Source: Mytilus californianus
Lineage: Eukaryota
Assembly: GCF_021869535.1 (NCBI RefSeq)
Contig: NW_026262734.1
Location: 52,948,001 to 53,012,000, forward strand
DNA: 64,000 nt
Direction: 5' to 3'
Part shown: in pieces, positions 13,401-26,497 of the stretch
How positions within the stretch are numbered: position 1 is the first letter of the stretch
Layout of the letters: the number at the start of each line of letters is the position of its first letter
The notes under the pieces: model-generated
Told to the model about the DNA's origin: nothing
Seen by the model: only the letters and a program-made list of their open reading frames with translations
Database searches by the model: none
Program-made: the position numbers and the translations under genes

Positions 13401-15074
13401 TAAATTTGGTTAACACTTCCCGCAACATTTATATTGAATATGAATATTGCTCATCATAAACAGATAATGATTATGGATATCTCTGGATACCCATCCTATA
13501 ATTTATTTACTTTTGGTAATCTGACGCAAATAATGTCTTAGGCAACCTCTTATTACCCTGAACTGCAATTCATTTTGGTTAAATCTGTTCATCCTATATA
13601 TAATTATATGACTTTTAAGGGGTCTCATGGTTTCTCCGGTTATATACAATTAATAAAAAAAAGATTTTGTTGACATTTTAAAAATAAATATGATATATTT
13701 CACATTCTCATTACAGGGTTTTTTGTTCGTGAATTAAATAGAGGAAATATGACAGGTGTAACAGGCGATTTTGAAGGTAATGGTTACAGTTTCAAACATA
13801 ATTATTTCATTAATCATAGTAGAGGTCATATTAAGACCAATATTCAATTCCTAAAATCAGAATTCGAAACGTAGGGTTGATAGTACAAATCAAATACTTC
13901 AAAAACTAGAAAAACTGCACAAATTCCAAAATTATAGTTAAGGAATGTCAAATTATGATACATTATCGCGGTGTATATTTGAAACATCGTTATTTATTCC
14001 GCCATTTCCATATCTTACAGGTTTGGAAAACTTTAATTTGGAAGACCTCCATGAATTGCGACATGAAGAAAAGGAAGAAGTTAAAAAACAGATTGAAGCC
14101 ATATATATTGAGGCAACCTCTTTGGAGAAAAAAGCCAGAGAATTGGGTATGAATTGTGTTTTCTCATTTATGCCCAAACCGCCACAAATGTCGTGATATT
14201 TTTCATACAGTATTGTATAGATTACGCTGTTTAGATCATACAATTGAGAAATAATTCATTTAGGCTTGAATTTATACTGATTTTACCACGGATTGACCTT
14301 TTATGCTAAATATTTTACAACGACCGATGGCATGGATAATATGCTCTTCATTTTTTAAAACTTTATTCAGCTACGATCAATTATCCTTGGCCAATTTGTA
14401 ATGGCTCAGCGACTGCGTATATATCTTTTTTAAAAGTGTTTCAAAATTAGTATCTTATTCCAACAAATCGAAAATTGTTACTGTTTTTGTTTTTTTGTGT
14501 ACATATGCAAATTGAAAAAATATGATTTATTCTAGGAAATTACACGCACAAATATTATATTTCCCTACCATTTTAGCATGTGATACAAATTCAAAACAGT
14601 ATATTCTTCGCCACGCACAAACCTTAACAGAAAAAGCAAATGAGATGAAAGAAAAGATATGCTTAGCATCAGGTGATTTATTTCTTTATCTGTATTATAT
14701 TATAGATATACATTTATAACACAGTAGTGTTATTTTTATGTTAATACTGTAGACTTTTGTAGTTGAATATATCTGTTGGCACGCAAATTGGAAACTGAAA
14801 AACAGAAAATTCAAAAGGCACTTAATCAAATCCACTTGTCATAACCAAATTGACAAAGCCACGACAATAAACACAAAATCGGGAACAAGACAAACATCAT
14901 TCCACGGAATTGGTTTGCGGTTTATTCCTTACTTTATCATTTGTTTATTATCTCAAAACTAGTGTACATAACACACTTTGGCAGTTCACTTAATACTGAT
15001 CAGTGTTTTATTTCAATTTTCTTATGATGCCCTTTATTAGTAAAAAGAAAGGATTCATATCAAATTTTTACTTC

Positions 15075-15147
15075 CCCACACACACATACCAGCACACCCA
15101 CATACACACCAACACAACAACACACATACACACACCAACACACAGAA
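15075..15147. repeat. Imperfect CA-rich microsatellite in a transposase intron
   Basis: CACACACACATACCAGCACACCCACATACACACCAACACAAC... Confidence 0.7.
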
Positions 15148-15422
15148 GGTCTGAAAAAGTTAATTTATAATTCTAAAGAGGTGAATGTCAACAACCTCAC
15201 AAAGAAATGAAAGAATCATAATTCATATTTTATTGTAAAATTCAGAGTTTACCCAGAATCATATCACTCTTAACAAATCTGTCAAATGATCCCTGAATAA
15301 ACAAGTAATATTTTCAATGATACGTTTTTATTACAATTGAATACACATAAGTATGTATAAACAATGTCATTTAGCTGTAAATTTGAAGTGAAGAAATGTT
15401 AACCTTATATTCTAATATTAAG

Positions 15423-16511
15423 GGAAATCATTCCAAACACCTGATGAACTACAAATTGCTATAAAGCAATCCATAGCTTCAAACGAGGAACAAACATTAA
15501 TAGTTGAGAGACTTAAGAGGAACTGTTCATCCCATGGCTTAGAATACAGAGGTCAAACACCAGGGAATGGGAATTGTTTTTTTGAAGCAATCACATGCCA
15601 GCTAGATAGAATTGGCGCAGACGTTATTGCTCCCGAACAATTAAGAACAAATGTTGTAAACTACATATCAACACATCCTAGTTTTGAGGTAAACTAATTT
15701 ACTTGTTAAATACATTCACTAATTATCAAACTCCTCCATGGACAGAAACATAAAGAATTAGTTGGACATGTTTTCAGGGGACAAATCAAAACCGTTGGCA
15801 ACAATAGTGGCGCATCAGCACAACTTAAATATATGATTTAAATCAGTTAAGAAGCTATTAACACACAAATACCATCAAAAATACTTCCGACAGAATATTA
15901 ATTTGGAATTGACGTAACTGCCCGTAATACCTGTGATTAATGCAATTTAATATTTAAAGATTTACAAACTGATAAAAGAATAAGCATCAGTTAAGACTTT
16001 CATATCAACCAGAATGCTTTTTTCTGCAGATGTTTAAATAAATCATTTACAGTTAATATAGTACAATGCTAAATAATAGGTATTGACAAAAAACAATAAA
16101 ATAAATAAAAAATGTATGTTATGATCATGATGATTTTTGATAAAATGTAGTTATAAAAGTATTTGTTTTGTATTAATCAATTTCAATGTACAGTAGTTAA
16201 TAAAGACTTATGTAAGTAGCTTTCTTTCAATCAATAGGGCAGTCAAGGCATTGTGTTATTAGAAAACTTCGTTGAAGACAATTTTCCGGACTACTGTGAC
16301 AGGATGTTACAGAATGGAGAGTACGCAGACCATGTTGTGGTCATTGGAATGTCCAGAATGCTACAGAGAGACATAGTTATTGTCACCAGTGCTCCCAGTA
16401 CCAATAATGAGGATAGTGTCCTTTGGGTAACTGGTTGTGATGGTTTTTCCGGTAATCCTATTCTTCTTGGGCACATTTTCGAAAACCACTACCAGTCACT
16501 CCAGCCAAAAG
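15423..16511 (+). CDS. UIM-like motif plus OTU cysteine protease domain (two exons) within the transposase gene
   Basis: DELQIAIKQSI (LxxAxxxS), then RGQTPGNGNCFFEAI (Cys 15575-15577), GEYADHVVVIGMS and ILLGHIFENHYQSL (His 16487-16489). Confidence 0.88.
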
Positions 16512-17989
16512 GTAACTGATAATAGAAATTATATAATTTATGATTATCTCTCAGAAAGAGATACCTTTACAGTTATAGTTTAAAGTAACGCATATGTAAA
16601 TCTATGTTAAAAAAATAATGTCTACGGTTGATAGTTGGGAAATATCTTATAACACGAGATATAGTTGTGGAATCTGTTAATCTAATGATTCCAATAAAAT
16701 TTGATAATTTGTTTAGATTATTTACAAAAAGTCATACTCTTCTTGTCTGACTTCATCGGGCATGATCACCTATTCCAATGACGTCATTATATAAAATTCA
16801 GAGGAAAGCAAAATATTTGTCGTCATTATTATATTTCGACTAAGGAAGGACTTCGATCAAGTGACCCACGTTTGGTAAAATGTTGATCAATATTGTGCTC
16901 AGAAAGGAATAAATACCATAGAATCAGTAAAATGTCCATATTTATATATTTGATATTTTATCAAATTGTTTTTGGCAAAACGAAATGAAATAAGTTTACT
17001 TTAACTTTGTTCTTCATTAGGCATTTTCACATTTTCGATAGGAGCGACCCTAATGAGTCTACGTAGACGGAACACATTTTTAAGCCTTATATCTTTGAAT
17101 TAGGTAGATCATCACTATATATCTGTATATCGCCATCTTGAATTGTAAAATAGCAGCACACAAGCGACAAAGTTCTTTATTTAAAACTGCAAATTTTGAG
17201 ACATAAATGCTATTCATTTTTAAAACTCTTGTTTGATAAATGTAAATAAGTGCATTATATCATTGAAAAAATAAGTGTTATTGTAAAAACCGGCTATCAG
17301 TCTTTGTTTGATTCAATTTGTCAACTGAGCTAATTAACGGAAGATAACTTATTTGGTGAATTTTCTTTAAAGGAATGATAATGAAATTTCTATTTTTCGC
17401 AAGAAAACGGGATTTATTTTCACCCTTTTTCTTTTGATTTTCTACTAAATTGTGGCTATGTATAAGAAAATTATGTCTGAGAAAAAAATTCAGTAATGAT
17501 CTACCTTAAATCGTTTTACGTTTTTTCACTGTAGACTGTTTTTGAAAAAGAAAAATATTAAAGGAAGTATTGTAAATGTGATATTTATATAAGTTTACTT
17601 TACATAATTTGATTACATAATTACTGCATTGATATCAATCAGCATTAGAGGCAAAGTTTTTCTAATTGGCAAATACATTCAGATGCAAAAAAGCTTTATT
17701 TTAACAGATAAACTAGTATTAATTATAAATTATTACGTTTTTTTGTTAATTGTAACGTTTATACAACAAATTTTAGGTGACAGTGGCAAACTTGATCACC
17801 ACACGAATGATAAGCATGCAACAAATGATGATAACCTTTTTATTCCTGTTGATGTGTGCAACGAAGAACTCAGCAACTATAACATGACACATGATGTTGA
17901 AGGTACAATATTGTTCCTTCGGAAATGTTCACTAGCCATACTTATCATCAGTGATTTTAAAATGATTTGAATAACTTATAATTAGCGGG

Positions 17990-18115
17990 AATTTCTCGCT
18001 ACATTGAAGACCTGTTGGTGACCTTCTGCTGTTGTATTTTTCTACGGTCGGGTTGTTGTCTCTTTGACACATTCCCCATTTTTATTCTCAATTTTATTAT
18101 AAAAAGTAAAAGTCA
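17990..18115. mobile_element. End of a high-copy mussel-type non-autonomous repeat (Helitron/Helentron-like) in an intron
   Basis: TACATTGAAGACCTGTTGGTGACCTTCTGCTGTTG...GGTCGGGTTGTTGTCTCTTTGACACATTCCCC; a related fragment lies near 28880. Recognised from memory only. Confidence 0.45.
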
Positions 18116-18639
18116 TTTTATCATCCACTTTTATACATAACCTACCATTAGTATACATAGACGTCAATATTCTATAAAAAATAATTAGTTGTATTATAAA
18201 GTTGCAGTTTATAGATACTACCAATGAGCATGACTTTATCGAAGGCTTTTCGAAAGTCAACAATGCATTTAAAACACATTTTATTTCCATTTCTCCGTAC
18301 TTCCAACGACAAAATTATTATACTTAAATTTGACTTTACATGCGAAATTTAAAGTGGTTTATCTAACGTCATTTTGTCGCAATAGTTGTATCATGTGTCC
18401 TCCTTTTTTATTATTAACTGTAACGTCTATGTTATACTGCAAATGCGTTTTATTATTGTATTAATACTGTGTCGCAAAGTATACTTATGTTTATAATTGT
18501 ATTTTTTGTAACTCGTTAATTGTTTTGTCAGAGTTAAGCCATTTTCCATTATTTGCTTTTATAGTGCGTCTTTTCTTTTAATGTTTTACTGCTGTTTTAC
18601 GTGTAATGTGCAGGTTTGCGCCTGTTGAAACGTTCAAAT

Positions 18640-18905
18640 ATATTATATGCAACTATTTTTTTGTGTTATTAAAATTTGCTGTTACAAAATATTAGAAATT
18701 ATTATAAATTAAGGAATGTATCTCCCTCATGCAAAGCTCTGATTTCTTTCACGGATTTGGCTATACTTTTTGGACCTTTTGGATTATAGCTCTTCATCTT
18801 TTATATAAGCTTTGGATTTCAAATAATTTGGCAACGAGCATCACTGAAGAGACATGTATTGTCGAAATGCGCATCTGGTGCAAGAAAATTGGTACCGTTA
18901 ATTTT
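18640..18905 (+). mobile_element. Penelope/retrozyme-type non-autonomous repeat with hammerhead-ribozyme core
   Basis: CTGAAGA-GACA-TGTAT-TGTC-GAAA-TGCGC-ATCTG-GTGCA at 18844-18882, inside a repeat I recall as abundant in Mytilus. Confidence 0.55.
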
Positions 18906-21664
18906 ATTGTGCAGAGGTCGTTTGTTGGTATTTTTCATCGATGTCATCATTTGTTTTTAAATTTATAACAAGTAAACTAGTGTTACTACATAGCAATACA
19001 TATGCTTTTCTTACCCTAGATATGCCATTCGTAGAGTTTGTGAGATCCACCTTCATCAAAAAACGGAAAAATGGTACTGATTGCATTGTTAGACGTTTAA
19101 GGTATGGGAAAGTTTATTTTAATCGAAAATATATAGTTTTGAAATCAACTAATTTCTATATGCTACCTTCTTCCTATGACCTAATGGTTTCAATAGAATT
19201 AAAAGAAAATAAATATCTATCACAGCAAAACATATACCTTCAGATTATTGAAAAATAACTCTGTTTGTTATTCAGAATAATTTTACTGAACTTCAAATAG
19301 TCTTACAAAATATAAAAATCACTGTATTAACAAAGGGATCATTTTTAAGAACTCTATTTTTTGGGGGACAATTTAAGTCTATTATACTATGGTGTAACTC
19401 TTTCCAATGTTTCTGAATATATGGATGAATTTTTGGTCACACTATTACACTGAAACATATTGTTGTGTTTTATCAGCTAGCATTTGTGACTTTGGCTTCA
19501 GTTTTTGCTTATCATTCAACAGAAATGAAGTGGACAACGAAGACGTCATAACCAAGCATGTAATGGATATAACAATCACAGGGAATTTTATTCACAGGAA
19601 AGCAAATAAAACCACATTGCAATACAGGTGTGAAAGGTAACTTTAATCATCTAAGTCGATAATCTATAAAGGAATTTTATCTTGAAATAAATCCACTCTT
19701 GTTTTTCTCCAAATAAACAATAAATAGAAAAAGAGAACAACTTTAGTAACAATCGTAAACATTCTTAAAGAATCTATTTACATATCTTACATATCAAATT
19801 TGCAAGACAATGCTGAGTTAAAAGATACATTTGTGACAGAAAATAATATTGGTATAGTTTTGAAAGAGATAAGTTGTATAATCTTGACTTCTGGTTGTAT
19901 GTTATTCTCTTGCTTTTTTTCAATAATATACGTTTTGTGTTATAGTTTATACAGTAATTATAGTATGGCCTTTAATAACAGATAGTTCCGAAAGCTTTTA
20001 AACGTATTGAACTATGAATTTTCTGAAATATTGCACAACATTTTTCTCTTTGGTTATCTATGAAGTTAAGATGCATATTTGTTTAAATTTTATCATGTTT
20101 ATTTTAGATGTAATAAACCAAGAGGACAAAAAAACAGGTCCTTTGAATACCAGGGCAAATAATTGTCAGGCATATGTGTCATTCCAGTATGTTATGTTAA
20201 TGTAATATTCATTTATCTCTTTTACTTTTCTTTTATGATGCAAAACTATAAATTAATTTATAACTTTTAAGCGTTTGAACATCATTATTTATTGATCCTA
20301 ACATCCTTGTTGTAGTTAAGCAACCTTTTGTCCGTGTCTTGAGAGTGGGAATTAAATGCATTTATCATATTACTAAACCAAACACATTTAAACAGGTATT
20401 CACCGGGCATACACCATTCATGAGTTTCTGGCTAGTTTACCTGACATTTCATGTGATGAGCGGGTCAATACACCCTGTCATGGTTGAAATTATTATATAG
20501 AGAATCCCTGTATCAAATTATATAGAATTTGGTATATATCATTTTGATGATAAGTTATCAATTTACAAGGAGAACACAACAACCATAGCAGTTATTCGAA
20601 GTAGCCTTACACATATTTTTAGAAAAAATAATCCTTTTCTTCAAGTCCGATAGATCTTAAATATTGCTTACAAGCTGTTTTAATAAATATAATAATGATA
20701 CGTTTGGCAAAACAGTACTAACCAGTGACGTTGTACATGTAAAAAAAAATCATTAAAGGGCATGTTAATATCTTCTTACACAGATTTTTGACCCATTTGA
20801 GTAAAAAAGCAGTAATAATTCGGCAACAACTAAAACACAATGGACACAGTTTACAGATAAAAGAGGAAAAACACCAATCACGCCCAGATCACAGCTTACT
20901 GCTTTATATAGATGCTTTACTTGATCAGGTATTCATGTCGTCGGTATTATATATAATTTATTGCTCATAACGAATTGACTTATTTTTCAATTATAAGTTG
21001 CTGGCACTCTTATAAACACAATGATAATAAAAATTGTGTATGCTGACATTATTGGAGTTTAATATTTTCTCAACCATTCTGTTCTTTTCGATGTCTGTGT
21101 TTGTCTTCCGGCGCATTTTTTCATAATTTGCAAAGATTATAATAAATGAATAGGTTGAAATAAATCAAAAATAAAATGATTAGGATAAAATTGGCTTGCC
21201 AGAGAGTCATTAATGCATTTACATAAATATCGGACGCTTGTATGAAATATTTTAATGAAAAAACCAGTTTAAAGCTGAATAGCATTGATGATAAAATATT
21301 CTAGAAGACATATATTTTTACAATGACATATATTGATACAACGACATATTTTGTGTTGATTTGAAAAAATCCTTAAGCTCAAAAAGATTTTAACTAAATT
21401 TGAAATTAGTTGTAATTGACACGAATTTAATTTTATTTCATTATCAATAGGGGAAAAAACCCATGGAAATATTGTGCAAAGCATGGAAATGGGCTCGAGA
21501 TCAAGGGCATTTTGATGTGCACGATAGAAGATACTATCTGACACCAGTTGACATTAAGAATATATGTCAACGTTACAAAATGGATAAGAGGTATCAAAAC
21601 ATAATCAAAAGATTTACTTAAAATATGTACTTACTACTTTGTTCTTCTAAAAAATCCAAAGAAA

Positions 21665-21852
21665 CAGGCTCATTGTTGAAGGCCGTATGGTGACCTATAG
21701 TTGTTAATGTTTGTGTCATTTTTGGTCTTTTGTGGATAGTTGTCTCATTGGTAATCATACCATATCTTCTTTTTTATATTTGTCTCTACGTATCCAGTCA
21801 TCGAACCACATCTTCTTTTTTTATATTTGTCTCTACGTATCCAGTCATCGAA
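21665..21852 (-). mobile_element. High-copy mussel-type non-autonomous repeat (Helitron/Helentron-like) with a ~46-bp local duplication at its end
   Basis: GAAGGCCGTATGGTGACCTATAGTTGTTAA...TTGTCTCATTGGTAATCATACCATATCTTCTTTTTTATAT is the reverse complement of the copy at 34790-34960. 21761-21806 is repeated immediately after. Confidence 0.6.
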
Positions 21853-21869
21853 AAATAACACATTATCCG

Positions 21870-22560
21870 GACTTCAGTTACCTCTGATAACTTGAACCAA
21901 ATCTTAATATTGACAAAGACTTTGCTACCTCTGATAACACTTAACATATACAGACTTTGGTAACCTCTGGTTAATGAACACATATATGGACCTGGGTCGC
22001 CACTTGTACCCTTAAATGTTTGTAGAATTTGATAATCACTTTTCACCATTTTGTTAACTTTGGTCACCTGAAACATATATATAATGATACACAGGTATTG
22101 ACTAGGGCTACCTTAATCGTACTTGTGTTTCCTATGTCTACTTTAGATATGTATATAATCTATATCCCTTTTGAAACCGTACACATATATTGACTTTGGT
22201 TACCACTGTTCACCGCAACTTTGGTCACATCTGGACAATTTAAAAAAAAATGATAGCTTTACACAAAGTATATCCTTGGTTCCGTCTTGTTACATCTACA
22301 TACTTTAGTAAAGTGAAATTTAAAGAGCATTTGGTATTTAGTACCTTACACTCGAAATGACGTTGGTTACCTCCATCACATTTATAGATACAGCCTTTGG
22401 TTTGTGGTTCTTTAAACTGATGCACTGTTTGCAAACCCAATGGTTCGTCTGTTAAAATCATTACTTTATTCACCATTTTAATCTTTTTACCAATCTGATT
22501 GTAAACATGCACTTTACACAGTAAATTAACTTTGGTGTTTTCTGGTCAAATTATACAGAT
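21870..22560 (+). repeat. Degenerate block of 36-bp satellite motif in a transposase intron
   Basis: GACTTTGGTAACCTCTGGT, ACTTTGGTCACC and ACATATATTGACTTTGGTTACC, in the same orientation as the left array. Confidence 0.65.
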
Positions 22561-23222
22561 GTACTGTTGACATTGATTTTGTATATGTCAGTACTGGTAT
22601 TGATCTATGATATTTCCTCATTTGTTTTAGAATTCACCAGAATGATGCTGTAGCTGTACACGAGCTATGCACACAAATACTGAAGGAAGAGATACTTTTC
22701 TACCAAGAATTGAAAGAGTAATTATTCTTATATAATAATGTACTTTTGTAAATTTTAATAACTGATATAAGCATAATGCTGATAAAGAGTAATTCTGAAA
22801 TTACTGATTGATACCCTGTTTTGTTCTTCAGACATGACTGGATTGCCTTATGTTCAAATAGTTTTTATAGTACTCGTCTGTCCAATTTCGTATATGATTT
22901 TGTCTGTAAAATGTTTCAATGAGAGCTGTACAGATGAGTTTTCTGTAGACTGAACGTATATCTGACTCCTCATAATAGATGATTTGTATTTTTGGTTTTT
23001 ATCCTTTTGAGTGTTTCAGTGCTACACTTGTTCACAAGTCATATATTTTGTCAATATATTTTACATTTTTGTCTTTTTCAGTTTTAATAGAGGTTATTTA
23101 ATATGAGTACAATGTAGCTAGTTTGTCGTCTTCTTTTCCATTAAATGGACATGATTTCAACATAAAATATATAATTCATACTCATACTTTTGGTCATTAA
23201 ATATGTAACATTTACATTGTAG

Positions 23223-26200
23223 GGGAGTACAGCCATTAGTAATTATTTACCAGAATGAAGCACAAAGAAAAAGAATGGTGAAACTAGCAGAAAATGTGGT
23301 GTTTTTAGATGCTACATATAAAGGTATATACTTGTATATAATCATGGAAATTTCAATTTAAAATATTGATACGTTTAAAAGAATTGAACTGTGTGACAAT
23401 AAACTTACAACATGTTTTTTGTTTGTTTTAAGGATTAACTGCCTATGGTTATTCATTCTATGCTCTTGTTGCAAGAGATGAACAGCAAGGCCGAGGCACT
23501 CCTCTTTCGTACTGTATCTCGTCAGATGATACTGGTGAAGTTGTCAAAATATTTCTGAGATCTCTGAAGACTACGGCTGAAAATCATGGATTTGATTTCC
23601 GTCCAAGGTTTGTGGGTATCAAAGTTGACAATATTTCGAATTCAATATCATTGCTTATTAACACTTTTCATTTTCGTCTTATTATTTGTTTACAATTAGT
23701 AACATTATTCGGAGTCAACATCAAATCTGATATGGATATAAAAGATAAATAAATACCATTCAATTATATGTTTTAATTAATTTGGCTGTAAAAATTACAG
23801 GTTAAACTATGACATTATTCACATATTCGTGCAGTGATAGTTATTTGAAATGACAAATACACAATGCTATGAAAGATTCATCTAAAGAAACATTTTTTCA
23901 TGCATATCAAAATTAATACAATTAAGGTCCACAATAATTTCAGTTGAATTTTGGCAAAGAATATTAGATAAATAATTTTTGCATAATAATATTTTTCTAA
24001 TGGACTAATGAAACTTACAAACACATCAATTTCCTTAAAATCTTTTGAGTGTGATCTATAGCAAGGCTTTAAAACCAAAGCATTTAAGATTAAAGCATAG
24101 TCAGGTTTATACATAACATAATAATTAAAGCTTTTTTAGGCTTGTTTCCAAACTTTTTAATCACAAATTAAAAATCTAATTGATATAAAAAAAAAAGAAT
24201 TTACATAATTATTTACAAATTAACAAATAGTATTATAGAATAAAACCAATATGAGATAAAGATATAGATTGTTGATACTGCAGTGTTACATTTTGTTTAC
24301 TAGATCTTTTATGGTAGACAGAGATACCAAAGAAATCAGCGCAATTAATGAAGTATTCCCAAACAGCTCTGTTTTACTTTGCTGGTTTCATGTTTTACAG
24401 GTATTATATTATTCAATATATGTATCATACATTTTACCTTATTCTTTATGGGAAAAAAATCAGTTATTAAATGAGAGTTATTCTGTGAAGTTTCACTCTT
24501 TTGGATCAATAAGTATTAATTGCATTGGATTTAACATTTTATATCTTTTTTTTGTGTTTATAAGCTTGAGGTCAGTTTTGAATTAATAAATAGACTCTTT
24601 CGCATTAATACTTTCATAGATCAAATATTATCTTGTTGAAAAATAATTAGTCATGATATATTCAAGACAATGTTTAATTATTATTATCTTTAAGACATGA
24701 ACTAAATATAAATGATTTGATTTACAGGCTGTGTACAGATTTTTGAATAAAAAAGAATCTGGTGTATCAGGACCCATGCACGCACATACCAGAAAAAAAG
24801 TTATTGACTATATTAGAACTATGAAAATATGTACCAAGGTAATCAAACGTGATAGTTAAGACAAATAAAATATAATGAACCTATGATACCACAGTGAAAT
24901 ATAATAATTTTTAAATTGGTCAATAATTTTGAGTTGGTCCTGACAAATTCAAATAATGTATTCGAATATTTAATATGTACTAGGTGAATGTTAATTTACA
25001 TAGTATAACTTGACCTGCTTCTGATAATAACAGTTTTATATGCAGAGGATGTGAAACATTGTTAAAAAATTAATCACGAGTGTGTTGCCTCACAATGAAA
25101 CACGATTGGTTATTGATATGTTTATATTATAAGAAAAATCCCTGTAGAAATGAAACCTCAGTGGGATCTTTTTCTCCTTTTCCAACATTGTAATTGTTTT
25201 AATATCAAAATCATATCAACAAGATTTTTCAAATAGAGTCAATTAAAACGCAATAATAATAATAATAAAAAATACAATCAATGAATTTTGGTTGATAAAA
25301 GATGAAAAAAAAACACTGAAACATATAGAAATGAATCTCTATTGAATTAAAGCAGTAAAATAATTTGGAAAGTACAAATAGTTGCTTAATGCGATTTAAA
25401 GATCTTACCTATAAATATACAATGCTTATGAGTACACGCGTGTTTAATCTATAAAATCTGATTTTATACTCAAAAGAAATGTGTCAATATAATTTTTCCT
25501 CAGAAAGAAGACTTTTCTCAAAAAGTTTAAATGTTGCAAGAGAAGATGCCTTCCAAACAAATAGCAGACTACTTGTTAGACAACTGGTGTACTGACAAGT
25601 GGGGATGTCGATGGGCCAACTATGGAAGACATTTTTTTCATGAAGATCAAGATACAAATAACTTAGTTGAAAGGTTATTAATACATTTTATTACTATACA
25701 CCTTATATTTTACAAGATCGAAATTTTAAGCATCATCTAATTATCATCTGTTTGATAATAGTAACTAAGTATATTTTATTTTGGGGATAAATTTTCTGAA
25801 CTGTCTCTGTTTTTATGACCTGATTTATAAAAAGTATTACACTTTGTCTAAATCCTACTTCTTCATGGGTAACCAAAGACAAAGCAGGATATAAACTTTA
25901 CAATTTTTAACAATATGGAGAGGATTTTTGCCGTTCTTTCATGATAGGGTTATGCAAATTTAATACAAATATCATAATTGTCAATGCAAGTCGATAATTA
26001 CATAAAAGCAGACAAAATGAAAAAATGTAGTCTAGCAAAACCTGATGTGTATGAGGATATTAAAACAAAAAAATATAATGCTACTTATAACATTCAAATG
26101 TTAACACATTAATATTTTATGTACTTTCTATTTGTACATTCAAATATAAATCATAAATTCAAAGTCCTTAACATTTTGTCATTTTCAGGTTTTTCCTGGG

Positions 26201-26290
26201 CATGAAATACCATTTCCTTGGTGGGTATGCCAATAGCAGAGTAGAGGACTTACTACTCCTTCTCCATGGAAATGTAACTATGTTTTATGA
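23223..26290 (+). CDS. MULE transposase DDE catalytic core exons
   Basis: VVFLDATYK (D1, 23308-23310), SFMVDRDTKEISAINEVFPNSSVLLCWFHVLQ (D2 at 24317-24319 plus CxxH), and QDTNNLVERF (E, 25669-25671). Confidence 0.92.
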
Positions 26291-26497
26291 GTAAGTAAGT
26301 TTAAATTTGTCACAATCCTGTTCTTCTTATCGTTCACTTGAATCGTCTGAAATTAGAAAGATCATTTTAATTTAAGATGCAAATACATTGAATATTGAAT
26401 ACTGTGAATTCAATTTTTTAAGAAATAATTTATTATTAGATCTTTGAATTATGTTTTCATAACCAAAAATAAATTAACAAAAACATCGTAATTTTAG

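Noticed and set aside
19807-19851. Candidate 45-nt transposase exon (DNAELKDTFVTENNI)
   Set aside because: It is phase 1-1 and cannot follow the phase-2 donor at 19636, so it does not resolve the frame discrepancy; left out of the model.
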